64,000 nt of DNA from a virus (lineage: Duplodnaviria; Caudoviricetes): IMG/VR virus record IMGVR_UViG_3300040811_001959; one strand, 5' to 3'. Below are positions 26,524 through 35,370 of this stretch, in pieces. The notes beneath the pieces were generated by a model. The model made no database searches, was not told the origin of the DNA, and was given only the letters and a program-made list of their open reading frames with translations. Within the stretch, counting starts at the first letter, position 1. Every line of letters starts with the position of its first letter. The translations under genes and the position numbers were made by a program.

Positions 26524-28476
26524 TTACTTGTCTAAGTTGTGTATCACAGTAATTGGTTTTCCGATATCAACTGCAGATGAAAATTCTAAATATAGCCCAG
26601 CTCGTCTTACAGTTCCACTTCCTAAGGCTTTTCCGTCAATTTCCCAAACATAAACTGCGCCCTTTTCGGCTCCTTCTTCGTAAGCTCCTACTATCAAATG
26701 GGTATTTGTTATTGCTAAAGCACTACCAAATAAATCTCCTGCGGGTGCCTCGTCCCAGTCAACATCTGCTAAATTTACTAATTGTTCTCCAGTTAACAAA
26801 TCAAAAACATAAACAACACCTGCATCTTGTTCTAGAGTGTTTGGGTCTTCATAGTTAGGAATATCTTCGGTATGTCCACTGATCAAAGCATATACATCGC
26901 TTATTGAAACACTATAACCAAAAAAATCATTTAACGGAGTTCCGTAGATATTTGGATTTTTTATTCCGCCAAAATCATCATTTAGATAAGTATTTCCGCT
27001 TATATCGCTGTTTGGATCTGGATATAATTTTGGAGCTAGATCAGTTGGCTGCAACGGATCTACTTGCGGTATTTCATAAAAATAAACTCTACCAGTACCC
27101 GAAACACCATCAAAAGATTCATTAAAAGCACCTACTATAGCAAATCTATCACTGATAGCTACACTATGACCAAATCCATCGTCATCTGTCTCGGCAGTAT
27201 TAGGATTATTCAGTGTATAAAGATGATCTCCTGCTAGATTAAATATGTATGCTTTATTTTGATAAGTTTGTCCTTCGATATTATTTGTGCCAACAATTAC
27301 ATAATTTGATGAAATATCTACAGCAGATCCAAACCATAATCCGCCCGAATCATAGTCTAACGGATTATCAAGAATAACAGGAGTTGCAGTATCGGCTAAA
27401 TCATAGATATATGCTCTTCCTGACGGTTTTAGATTAACAGGTTCTTCTTTAGGTGCGCCAACAACTAAATGAGTTTCTGACATCGCTATAGCATAACCAA
27501 ACCAGTCTGTAGCATCACCAATACCAGTAGTTATTTCTAATTGTGTTGTTGGAACGTTTACATTAATAGTATTAAGTTCGTATAGAAATACTTTACCGTT
27601 GTTATCACCTACTCCAGCTGGAGCAGCACTGTCTTCTTGGAATGCACCTACCGCTATGTGAGTTTGATTTATTGCGACAGCAAATCCAAACCAATCTTCG
27701 GTTTCTGTTCCAAATGCTTGCGGATTTGGAATTTCGTATGCAAGAGCTCCTGCAAGGTTGTAAACATAAACTTTTCCTGCTTCTGTTGCAGTGTCTGAGT
27801 TTTTATAAGCTCCAGTTATCAATAAACTATTAACACCGTTATTTTGTATATCTACACTATATCCAAACCTGCCGCCTAACGTAGGTCCTAACTTATAATT
27901 TACAAAGTTTGTTTCTACTGTTAAGTCAGCTATAAATGTTTCTCCTGATACATTAACAGACGCTCCAACTTTTGTAAAATCAGTATCTGCTGGATCAACT
28001 ATAACATATTCAACACCATTAACTAAATAAAATGCATCAATCACCGCTCCAGTAGCTATACTTGCCGGATCTCTTGCTAAAAGATAATTTGTTGTTGGAA
28101 TTTGATATACATTTTCAACAAAAACAAGTATGCTTTGTGGATTTGCAGGTTCAGGAAAGTCATCGTCACCACTTTCTAAAGGTCCAAATACTGTATAAGT
28201 TCCATTTCCTGGTCCTAATGTTTGTTGTGTTATTTGCCCAGGTTCTTTGTATCTTACTACTTTCCAAGTATTTTCAACAAAAAATTCAAATGCGTCAATA
28301 TCGGTATTATATCTTACGTATCCGTTAACAGGTGTAAATGGTTTTGTCTCTGTAGTACCTTTTGGAACTAATAAAGCATTTGCATCAACTGACGCAATGT
28401 TACTTGCTAAATTGTATTTGTAACCTTTTCCTGTTATTGATCTAGCATTTGTTGTTTGTTGTTTTATTAATCTCAT
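26524..28476 (-). CDS. Virion protein carrying a seven-bladed FG-GAP (integrin-alpha-like) beta-propeller (650 aa)
   Basis: Seven FG(Y/S/F)(S/A)V(A/D/S)..VGA..GxVY(V/I)Y repeats in the translation. Confidence 0.8.
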   Translation of the reverse strand: MRLIKQQTTNARSITGKGYKYNLASNIASVDANALLVPKGTTETKPFTPVNGYVRYNTDIDAFEFFVENTWKVVRYKEPGQITQQTLGPGNGTYTVFGPLESGDDDFPEPANPQSILVFVENVYQIPTTNYLLARDPASIATGAVIDAFYLVNGVEYVIVDPADTDFTKVGASVNVSGETFIADLTVETNFVNYKLGPTLGGRFGYSVDIQNNGVNSLLITGAYKNSDTATEAGKVYVYNLAGALAYEIPNPQAFGTETEDWFGFAVAINQTHIAVGAFQEDSAAPAGVGDNNGKVFLYELNTINVNVPTTQLEITTGIGDATDWFGYAIAMSETHLVVGAPKEEPVNLKPSGRAYIYDLADTATPVILDNPLDYDSGGLWFGSAVDISSNYVIVGTNNIEGQTYQNKAYIFNLAGDHLYTLNNPNTAETDDDGFGHSVAISDRFAIVGAFNESFDGVSGTGRVYFYEIPQVDPLQPTDLAPKLYPDPNSDISGNTYLNDDFGGIKNPNIYGTPLNDFFGYSVSISDVYALISGHTEDIPNYEDPNTLEQDAGVVYVFDLLTGEQLVNLADVDWDEAPAGDLFGSALAITNTHLIVGAYEEGAEKGAVYVWEIDGKALGSGTVRRAGLYLEFSSAVDIGKPITVIHNLDK

Positions 28477-28919
28477 TATATTTCCAAATAACTTATAAAT
28501 GCAGTCAAATCTGTTAAATTTAGTGTATCACCGTAAATTGGATTTTCTGGTGTACCGCTTACTTCTGTAAAAGTTTCTACTGATGGTCCGGCAAAGAAAA
28601 CAATACTATCGCCTGGTCCTAAAATAATTTTTTCAGTATCAAATGTAAAAGTTTCTTCTGCAACAAGAGTTAGTTGATTGATTACTCTCGTACCAGTGTT
28701 ACCTAATTGTCCATTTGAAACTGGATCGCCAAACGGAACTAAATGCATATCAAAAGTAGCTGAATTAAATTCATTATTATTACAGACAATTATATTTGTT
28801 ACAGCATATGTTTTATTTTGAGTATAATTTGTTCCAGTAACCGGATCCGTTAGTTCAGTTGACGGTGGTTGTAGTAATGTTAAATTAGTATTTTGTAATC
28901 TTACACTTTTTATTGCCAT
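28476..28919 (-). CDS. Small virion protein (147 aa)
   Basis: ORF track; YAVTNIIVCN..FTFDTEKIILGPGD motif; TAATG coupling to the next gene. Confidence 0.7.
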   Translation of the reverse strand: MAIKSVRLQNTNLTLLQPPSTELTDPVTGTNYTQNKTYAVTNIIVCNNNEFNSATFDMHLVPFGDPVSNGQLGNTGTRVINQLTLVAEETFTFDTEKIILGPGDSIVFFAGPSVETFTEVSGTPENPIYGDTLNLTDLTAFISYLEI

Positions 28920-28928
28920 ATTTTTTCC

Positions 28929-29975
28929 TTAAAAGATCAAACTATAAACTATTGATCTGTTCCTACTTATAAATTCGTCTTGTATTTCATTATCGTTTAT
29001 AAAATACAAACCAGTTCCACCATTATTACTGGATTTACTGTAAATTCTTATGCCATCTGACGGAGCTTCAGGATCAATCTTTGGATCATCTGCATGCGGA
29101 GTGGTTGTAAGTTCTAATACATCGTCAATCTGAACTTGGGATTGTCCTGGAGCTCTTAAAGTTAAATTATTACCATTCGTTTTTGGCCTAATAGAAGGTC
29201 CATCTAATGTCAAACCTTGAGTATCAATTGTTGAACTGTATACTGTAAAAACAATATTTCCGTCTATAAAATGATCAACTCTACTAGGAGTGCTATCAAT
29301 GTCAAAATCATGAGCTTGTACTTTTGTATCATATGCTTCTATTACTGCACCAGTTCCTATGTTTGTAAAGGCGTATTCAACATAATCTGCTACAGCCTCC
29401 ATATTTGGAATATGGAGATAATCTTTTATAACATTATTGTTTATCTCTACTAGATTATTTCCACTATAATTTAATACTTTCTTTTTATAATCCGGGATTA
29501 ATTCTGTTGTTATAGCATCACTTGCATCTATAAAAAATTTACCAGGTGTTTTAACTCCGCCGATATATATAGGTATAGGACCAATAAAATCGTCATCTTC
29601 AAATGTAAATGTTCCTCGTGTGCTAGTGCCTTCGCCATTGGTCCAAGCAATTGATTCGTCGAACACCATCCTAACCCTAGACCAATCACCTCTATCTATT
29701 TCAATACCGGCTCTATTTGAATTATCTATTATACCGTCAATACCAGAAGGGTTTTCATATTTGTTAATAACAACTATATTATCATAGACATTTAGATTTT
29801 GTGAATTTACGGTTGTAGTTGTTCCTTTGACCAATAAACCACCGTTGACGATTACTTCACCAACTAAATCGCCATTTGAATCAATTTCTCCTCGACTTGT
29901 ATCAAGGATGATATTTTTACCAGATTCAACTTTAACAATATAATTTCCGTTTTCTACACTTAAAACTTTTGACAT
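28929..29975 (-). CDS. Conserved hypothetical virion protein (348 aa)
   Basis: ORF track; TTTVNS.NL.V.DNIVVIN..AGIEIDRG fibre-like motif. Confidence 0.7.
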   Translation of the reverse strand: MSKVLSVENGNYIVKVESGKNIILDTSRGEIDSNGDLVGEVIVNGGLLVKGTTTTVNSQNLNVYDNIVVINKYENPSGIDGIIDNSNRAGIEIDRGDWSRVRMVFDESIAWTNGEGTSTRGTFTFEDDDFIGPIPIYIGGVKTPGKFFIDASDAITTELIPDYKKKVLNYSGNNLVEINNNVIKDYLHIPNMEAVADYVEYAFTNIGTGAVIEAYDTKVQAHDFDIDSTPSRVDHFIDGNIVFTVYSSTIDTQGLTLDGPSIRPKTNGNNLTLRAPGQSQVQIDDVLELTTTPHADDPKIDPEAPSDGIRIYSKSSNNGGTGLYFINDNEIQDEFISRNRSIVYSLIF

Positions 29976-29991
29976 ATTTTATTCCAAAATA

Positions 29992-30012
29992 TGTAGGCAC
30001 AAGGTGCCTACA
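29992..30012 (-). terminator. Probable intrinsic terminator
   Basis: Perfect 9-bp inverted repeat TGTAGGCAC-aag-GTGCCTACA followed by TATTTT on the minus strand, just after 30022..30471. Confidence 0.65.
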
Positions 30013-30021
30013 TTTTACCTA

Positions 30022-30471
30022 TTATACATCTTCAACGAAATCAGTAGCATTTGTTCCAGCATCATCATCGCCTGCTTCTTCTACTTCTACAGCACCATCA
30101 TCTAGAGCTGTTGAGAAGTTCCATGGAATTGATTTTCCGTCATAAGCATTTGCCCCTGTAGCTGTTGGAGCAACTACTGTCATTTTACGTCCAGCAATTT
30201 TTTTACAATTATATGTTTCGCCGTCGTCTGCTTTTACTGATATTGACATTTCAGTACCAGTTAGAGCTGCAGGTAATTTACCCCAAGTAAGAAATCTATC
30301 GTAAGTTGGTGTTCCACCTGTTCCAAGAGCTGCTACTCTAAATTTTTTGCTGCCTAATTGCTTTACAATGTATCCTTGTACAACACTTGCTGTTCCCCAG
30401 AAATCAACTTTGATTTCTTTACCTGCTGCAGTAGGTGTTCCAAAATACTTTTTGTTTACTGGTCTTCCCAT
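30022..30471 (-). CDS. Conserved hypothetical late protein (149 aa), possibly head-associated
   Basis: Strong AAGGAG RBS, own late promoter and terminator; MGRP.NKKYFG start. Confidence 0.75.
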   Translation of the reverse strand: MGRPVNKKYFGTPTAAGKEIKVDFWGTASVVQGYIVKQLGSKKFRVAALGTGGTPTYDRFLTWGKLPAALTGTEMSISVKADDGETYNCKKIAGRKMTVVAPTATGANAYDGKSIPWNFSTALDDGAVEVEEAGDDDAGTNATDFVEDV

Positions 30472-30483
30472 TTTTTTCTCCTT

Positions 30484-30563
30484 ATTAGAAGTCCGATCCG
30501 GGTTCTATCCGGTACGCTGTGGGTCAGCATAAGTCCACCATTGTGGCACACTATCGCACAAAG
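30484..30563 (-). ncRNA. GC-rich structured 5' leader (candidate cis-regulatory RNA)
   Basis: GC-rich tract between the late promoter and the RBS; short stems CCGG/CCGG, GTGG/CCAC and TGTG/CACA. Confidence 0.4.
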
Positions 30564-30571
30564 TATTTATC
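30564..30571 (-). promoter_or_regulatory. Late promoter GATAAATA
   Basis: Consensus-like; overlaps the TGA of the small upstream ORF. Confidence 0.6.
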
Positions 30572-30698
30572 AAGTTTTATGCTTGTTTTGTTTTTGTTCT
30601 AACCATGCTTTCTTAGCCCAATTTGGGAGATCTTTAAAGCGATAGCTAGTTAAACCTATTTGTTCATTTTCGTCTTGGGTTTCTAATTTTTTGTGCAT
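30570..30698 (-). CDS. Small ORF, 42 aa (MHKKLETQDENEQIGLTSYRFKDLPNWAKKAWLEQKQNKHKT)
   Basis: Hand translation; AGGAG RBS 6 nt upstream inside the iscU 3' end; fills the gap exactly. Confidence 0.55.
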   Translation of the reverse strand: MHKKLETQDENEQIGLTSYRFKDLPNWAKKAWLEQKQNKHKT

Positions 30699-31069
30699 TG
30701 TTTACTCCTGTAATCTTTTATTGCTGCTTTAATTGCATCTTCTGCTAAAACTGAACAATGGATTTTTACTGGAGGAAGTGCTAGTTCTTCTACTATTTCT
30801 GTATTTTTTATTTCAAAAGCTTCGTTTATTGTCTTGCCCTTTACCCATTCTGTTGCTAAACTACTGCTTGCAATAGCTGATCCACAACCAAATGTCTTAA
30901 ATTTTGCATCAACAATACGTTCATCTTCTACACGAATTTGTAATTTCATAACGTCACCGCATTCCGGTGCACCAACTAACCCTGTACCAACATCTGCTGC
31001 TGATTTGTCTAAACTGCCTACGTTTTTAGGATTGTTGTAATGTTCTAATACTGCATCATTATATGCCAT
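30683..31069 (-). CDS. iscU: Fe-S cluster scaffold protein IscU
   Basis: HYNNPKNVG, GAPECGD, FKTFGCGSAIASSS and PPVKIHCSVLAEDAIKAA; all three ligand cysteines present. Confidence 0.95.
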   Translation of the reverse strand: MAYNDAVLEHYNNPKNVGSLDKSAADVGTGLVGAPECGDVMKLQIRVEDERIVDAKFKTFGCGSAIASSSLATEWVKGKTINEAFEIKNTEIVEELALPPVKIHCSVLAEDAIKAAIKDYRSKQCTKN

Positions 31070-31081
31070 GGTTTTTTCTCC

Positions 31082-31119
31082 AAAAAAAAAGCTCTATAAA
31101 AATATTTATAGAGCTTTTT
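31082..31119 (-). terminator. Intrinsic terminator after the major capsid gene
   Basis: AAAAAGCTCTATAAA-aata-TTTATAGAGCTTTTT inverted repeat; U9 tract on the minus strand. Confidence 0.8.
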
Positions 31120-31148
31120 AGTTTTAGTATCTGAGTTAGATAATAATC

Positions 31149-32330
31149 TTAGCTAAAGAATACCTTGGTTGAATCCATTGCTACTTTATTCAAGTAATCA
31201 GCAGCATTACCAAGAGATGAAGCTGTATTTGTTAATTCTACATATCCATATCTTGTCATAAAGCTAACTACTGGCTCGAATGTAGCCGGATCAAGTACTG
31301 TTCCGCTGCTCATCAATGGAATGTATGGGCAGTAGAATGCAGCAGCATCGCTCTCGCTTGAACCTTTGTATCCAATAAGAACGTCTGTTGAATCTCCAGC
31401 ATATGTGTCTACATATACTTTCATAGCATTATTTAATGTACCAACAAATTTTGTATTTGTTGGAGCTTCAAATGTGCCTTCTGTTGTTCTAGCAAATGCG
31501 CTTGTTGTAGCACTTTGTAGTACAGTCAAAGCAAAAGGAGAAACAACTGCCCAGTTAGCAGCGCCTCTTCTTGTTCTTTGAGCAATAATATTTGCTGCTC
31601 TGTTAATCAATACTGCCAATGCAGCATGCTCATCGCCTACAAAAGTTGCAGTACCTGAAATGTTTGTTTGATCATATGATAAACCTGATGTACCGGCTAA
31701 AGTTCTTAAACTAGCTAATACTTCTTGATCAATTTCAGCAGTAATTTCTTGAGCTAATGCAGCCATAATTTCAGCTTCTACATCAATTCCGTGCATAGCT
31801 TGAGCATCTTGTGCAGCTTCAAAAGTCCAGCGAGCGCTGAGCTTTCGTGTTTTAGCTTCAACAGTTTGCTTCAAGATTTGAATTGACATTTTTCTGCCAG
31901 CTTGACCTTCTAGGTTAGCTGTTGCATCTGGCTTTCCAGGATTGCTACCGTTACCTGAATAAGCTTCAGCAATCTTAAATGGTGACAATGCTTCTTCTCC
32001 GGCAGTTACATCAGTTCCGCCGCTTGTGGACATTGACTCACTGTAGCGTACACGCAATGTATGGATTTGTCCTACTGGACCTGTCATTGGTTGAACACCA
32101 ACAATTTCGTTAGCTATAACGGTTGGCATTACTCTTCTAATAACTGGTAAAATTACTCTGTTTAGGGTAGCAATATTACCTGCTGCTGTACTTCCAGCGG
32201 TTGCACTTTCAACCAAATACTTTCTTGTATTTTCCAAAGTCGTTGCCATGACGCTTTTTTTCGTGCCTTGTAGGCCTTCTAGAAGTGCAGCTCTAGTATC
32301 CTGCCAGCGACTCTCTAATAATTCTGACAT
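31149..32330 (-). CDS. gp23: Major capsid protein (T4 gp23-like)
   Basis: LPVIRRVMP, VGVQPMTGPVG, AKTRKLSARWTFEAAQD, AFYCPYIPL, FEPVVSFMTRYG. Confidence 0.95.
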   Translation of the reverse strand: MSELLESRWQDTRAALLEGLQGTKKSVMATTLENTRKYLVESATAGSTAAGNIATLNRVILPVIRRVMPTVIANEIVGVQPMTGPVGQIHTLRVRYSESMSTSGGTDVTAGEEALSPFKIAEAYSGNGSNPGKPDATANLEGQAGRKMSIQILKQTVEAKTRKLSARWTFEAAQDAQAMHGIDVEAEIMAALAQEITAEIDQEVLASLRTLAGTSGLSYDQTNISGTATFVGDEHAALAVLINRAANIIAQRTRRGAANWAVVSPFALTVLQSATTSAFARTTEGTFEAPTNTKFVGTLNNAMKVYVDTYAGDSTDVLIGYKGSSESDAAAFYCPYIPLMSSGTVLDPATFEPVVSFMTRYGYVELTNTASSLGNAADYLNKVAMDSTKVFFS

Positions 32331-32343
32331 CTCTTATTTCTCC

Positions 32344-33438
32344 TTAATTAAGTCCTGCAAGTCTACGAATGTCAATGACATTATCCCTTGCACCAGTTGT
32401 CATATCTTGTTTTTGTATTTTATTGCCTGTTACTTCTTTGCCTTCTGTTATAATTGCCTTTTTTTGCTCTGGTTTTTTACCGTCAATTACGGTTGGTAAA
32501 TATCTTTCAAAAGAATTTTGTAGTCTATCTGTTTGTACACTTTCTAATAAATCAAGCATAAGCTCTTTTTGTGCTTTATTTAAAGGTTCTACTAATCCAG
32601 AAATAATTTTATTCCTGTTAATAGATTCATTTAGACTTTTTACTTCTTTTTGCTTTTTCTGTGTAGCAATTTTAGCTTGCTCAAGAATTTTCTTGGCTTC
32701 TATTAATTGCTTGTTTTTAATATCAACAACTTTTAATAGTTTAGATGTTTCAGATTTTTCATTGAGATAGCTATTGCCATACTCAGCTGCAAATGCTTCA
32801 AACAATCGTCTACCAAAGTCATTTTTTCGTGCAGTGTGAATATCTTCTTTTAATTGATGAATTTCTTTATTAAGAACTTTATCAACTAATGTAGATACTT
32901 TGTTTGCACTTGTTTCTACAAACTTTGTTTTAATCTTCTTGAAATGTCCTTTAGCTTCTCTAACAAGTCTTACTTTAGTTTCAGCTAAATCTTTCTTATC
33001 AATTTGGAACTCTTTAATTTCTGATGCTAGACTTTCGATAATAAAATCTTCTAACATTCTAAATTTGTCCGCCATTGTTTTTTGATCTTCGTGTAATTCT
33101 CTAACTTCTTTTACTAAACTTTGTGTTACAAAATGCTTCATTACAGAGGCATTTTCTTTCATAGCTCTAGTATATTTGGTTTTTGCTTCAATAAGTTGCT
33201 TGCGATCTTCAACTAGTTCAGCCATTTCAGCTTCTAGTTTTTCGCTTACCATTCTATCTACAGCTTCTACCATTAAGCCTTTATCGTGCTCGTATTTTTG
33301 AGCAAATTCCTCACGAAGTTCAGCAGTAACACTTAGGCGATTTTCTTTCACCTTTGCGTTCCATGCTTCTTCAATTTCCTGGCGCACATCTTCTGAAACT
33401 ACGTTGTTCTCAAAAAGTGTTTTTAGTGCATCCAACAT
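32344..33438 (-). CDS. gp22: Prohead core scaffold (T4 gp22-like)
   Basis: Coiled-coil, Glu/Lys-rich protein lying between the protease and the capsid gene. Confidence 0.8.
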   Translation of the reverse strand: MLDALKTLFENNVVSEDVRQEIEEAWNAKVKENRLSVTAELREEFAQKYEHDKGLMVEAVDRMVSEKLEAEMAELVEDRKQLIEAKTKYTRAMKENASVMKHFVTQSLVKEVRELHEDQKTMADKFRMLEDFIIESLASEIKEFQIDKKDLAETKVRLVREAKGHFKKIKTKFVETSANKVSTLVDKVLNKEIHQLKEDIHTARKNDFGRRLFEAFAAEYGNSYLNEKSETSKLLKVVDIKNKQLIEAKKILEQAKIATQKKQKEVKSLNESINRNKIISGLVEPLNKAQKELMLDLLESVQTDRLQNSFERYLPTVIDGKKPEQKKAIITEGKEVTGNKIQKQDMTTGARDNVIDIRRLAGLN

Positions 33439-33451
33439 TATTATTCTCCTA

Positions 33452-34075
33452 TTATTGGAGTCGATTGATCATATTGATCAATGATTCTTTTAAGTACTTT
33501 TGTGCCTTTTTATCTTCTTTAGTTGCCTGTGCTAATTCATATGCCTTATATCCACCTCTTGTATTCATTAAATGTTCGTATATAGGAGTCGGATACGCAC
33601 CAGGTGCGCTAGGTTGTGCTACAACATCTACTGTAATAATTTCAAAATCACTTACATTTCCGCTTCCGTCTTCTGATACATTTCCTGACCCTCTACTTGA
33701 AACTCCTAGCTTAACTCCGCTTTCTAGCATTGTTCTTACTAATTGTCCCATAGGCGTTGGAAGGATTTTCATTTTTCCGTAGCCATTTGGACCGTCCATC
33801 CACATTTCAGTTATCATGTGACTAACACGATCCAAATTGACTGTGAGGCCTTCTGGATGATCTACTTCACCGAGAACACTATATCCACCTTGTATCTGCT
33901 CGCTGAGAGTTTTGACAGCCCTGCCAATTTCATTTACAGGATAAACACGCTGGTTTGCGTTGCGTACTCCGCCTTGTATACAAATTCCTTTCATAAACAA
34001 GTCTTTCCCTTCGTTGGCATTCTCAACGATAACTCCTGCTTGGTCAAAGGTCAAATGCTCTCGTAGTAAATTCAT
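33452..34075 (-). CDS. gp21: Prohead protease (T4 gp21-like)
   Basis: NANQRVYP, LGEVDHP, RVSH, GVSSRGSG, DVVAQPSAPGAY. Confidence 0.95.
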   Translation of the reverse strand: MNLLREHLTFDQAGVIVENANEGKDLFMKGICIQGGVRNANQRVYPVNEIGRAVKTLSEQIQGGYSVLGEVDHPEGLTVNLDRVSHMITEMWMDGPNGYGKMKILPTPMGQLVRTMLESGVKLGVSSRGSGNVSEDGSGNVSDFEIITVDVVAQPSAPGAYPTPIYEHLMNTRGGYKAYELAQATKEDKKAQKYLKESLINMINRLQ

Positions 34076-34088
34076 CTATAAGTCCTTA

Positions 34089-35273
34089 TTATTTTGCTCT
34101 CTTTGGAGCACCGTTTAATGGGCTTCCGGCACCTTTGTCTGATGACTCTGGTTTACCTTTTCTTTCAGCACCATGTCCTGTAGAGTTTGCTTTCATTGCC
34201 GGAGCTTTTTTATTTCCTGGTACATTAACATTACCTGTATTCATGTCTTTTGGATTTTGATCACTTACTGGGTTACCATGTAAATTACCTTTATTCGCTT
34301 CAACACCTGACTCTGTTCCGCCTTTTAATATGTTTGCTGTAGTACCACCCATATCATTTTTTCCAGCTACTGGTGACTTTGTATTTGTACCATTGTCGCC
34401 CATTTTGCCATATTGATGATATTGCTCGCCGCCTACTTTATTAACATATTCTCGCATAAGTTCTGCTTGACTCAAGTTTTTTCTTGACTCATAGTTAAAA
34501 TTTTCTTCAGGCATTTCCTCTTCTTCGTCGCCCATATCCATGTCGCCTTCTTCGTCGCCCATATCCATGTCGCCTTCTTCGTCGCCCATATCCATGTCGC
34601 CTTCTTCGTCATCCATGCCCATTTCACCTTCTTCGCCGGCTAGCATTTGCTCAAACTCTGCTTTAAGATCGGCTAATTCTGCTTCAAGATCTTTAATATC
34701 ATCTTGTGTTACAGGTTCGTCACCGTCCATGTCAGCATCCATATCCATATCGCCTTCTTCGTCATCCATGTCCATTTCCATGTCATCGCCTGCGTCTCCG
34801 CCCATCATTCCCATGTCCATGTCCATTTCTGGTTCGCCTTCAACTTCAAATTCGTCTAAATTAAAGTTTTCATCAACTTCTTCGTCGTCTGATTCGTCAA
34901 CTTCTTCGTCGTCTGATTCATCGACTTCTTCGTCGTCTTCTTCTTTTGATTCGTCTAATTCGTCGTCGTCTGATTCATCAACTTCTTCGTCGTCTGATTC
35001 GTCAACTTCTTCGTCGTCTGATTCATCAACTTCTTCGTCGTCTGATTCGTCAACTTCTTCGTCTTGCTCTTCTTGTAACAAATTTTCATAAATTTGTCTT
35101 GATTTTTCTACTACAATCTCATGGAATAGATCTTCTGCTTTTGCAGTATCTTCGTTTACAAGATATTCTAGCATTTGCTGGAATTTATCTCGGCTTTCAT
35201 TTATTTTCTTTTTAGGCGCAACTTTTTTGTTAACGCTTTCTTTTACTTGTTTTCTTGTTCTTTTTTGTGCCAT
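34089..35273 (-). CDS. Highly acidic prohead core/internal protein (394 aa)
   Basis: Occupies the gp67/68 position; long Asp/Glu/Met low-complexity tracts. Confidence 0.7.
   Translation of the reverse strand: MAQKRTRKQVKESVNKKVAPKKKINESRDKFQQMLEYLVNEDTAKAEDLFHEIVVEKSRQIYENLLQEEQDEEVDESDDEEVDESDDEEVDESDDEEVDESDDDELDESKEEDDEEVDESDDEEVDESDDEEVDENFNLDEFEVEGEPEMDMDMGMMGGDAGDDMEMDMDDEEGDMDMDADMDGDEPVTQDDIKDLEAELADLKAEFEQMLAGEEGEMGMDDEEGDMDMGDEEGDMDMGDEEGDMDMGDEEEEMPEENFNYESRKNLSQAELMREYVNKVGGEQYHQYGKMGDNGTNTKSPVAGKNDMGGTTANILKGGTESGVEANKGNLHGNPVSDQNPKDMNTGNVNVPGNKKAPAMKANSTGHGAERKGKPESSDKGAGSPLNGAPKRAK
34521..34610. repeat. 27-nt tandem repeat x3.3 encoding EEGDMDMGD
   Basis: Exact copies of ttcttcgtcgcccatatccatgtcgcc at 34521, 34548 and 34575. 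Confidence 0.9.
34873..35063. repeat. 24-nt tandem repeat (about 7-8 units) encoding EEVDESDD
   Basis: Unit tcaacttcttcgtcgtctgattc(g/a), with one degenerate interruption. Confidence 0.9.
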
Positions 35274-35318
35274 TGATTACTCCTATAAATTTACCAGATG
35301 GTAAGGCTGTCATAATAG

Positions 35319-35325
35319 TATTTAC
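35319..35325 (-). promoter_or_regulatory. Late promoter variant GTAAATA for the core/protease/scaffold/capsid unit
   Basis: Intergenic, upstream of 35273; the leader contains a TTACC/GGTAA stem. Confidence 0.5.
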
Positions 35326-35370
35326 TTAAAATGTTTAAAAAGGTGCTTAAAAGATGTCAAAATGTTGTTT

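Noticed and set aside
34521-35063. Regular repeats resembling a CRISPR array
   Set aside because: Head-to-tail units with lengths divisible by 3 and no spacers, inside an ORF; no cas genes
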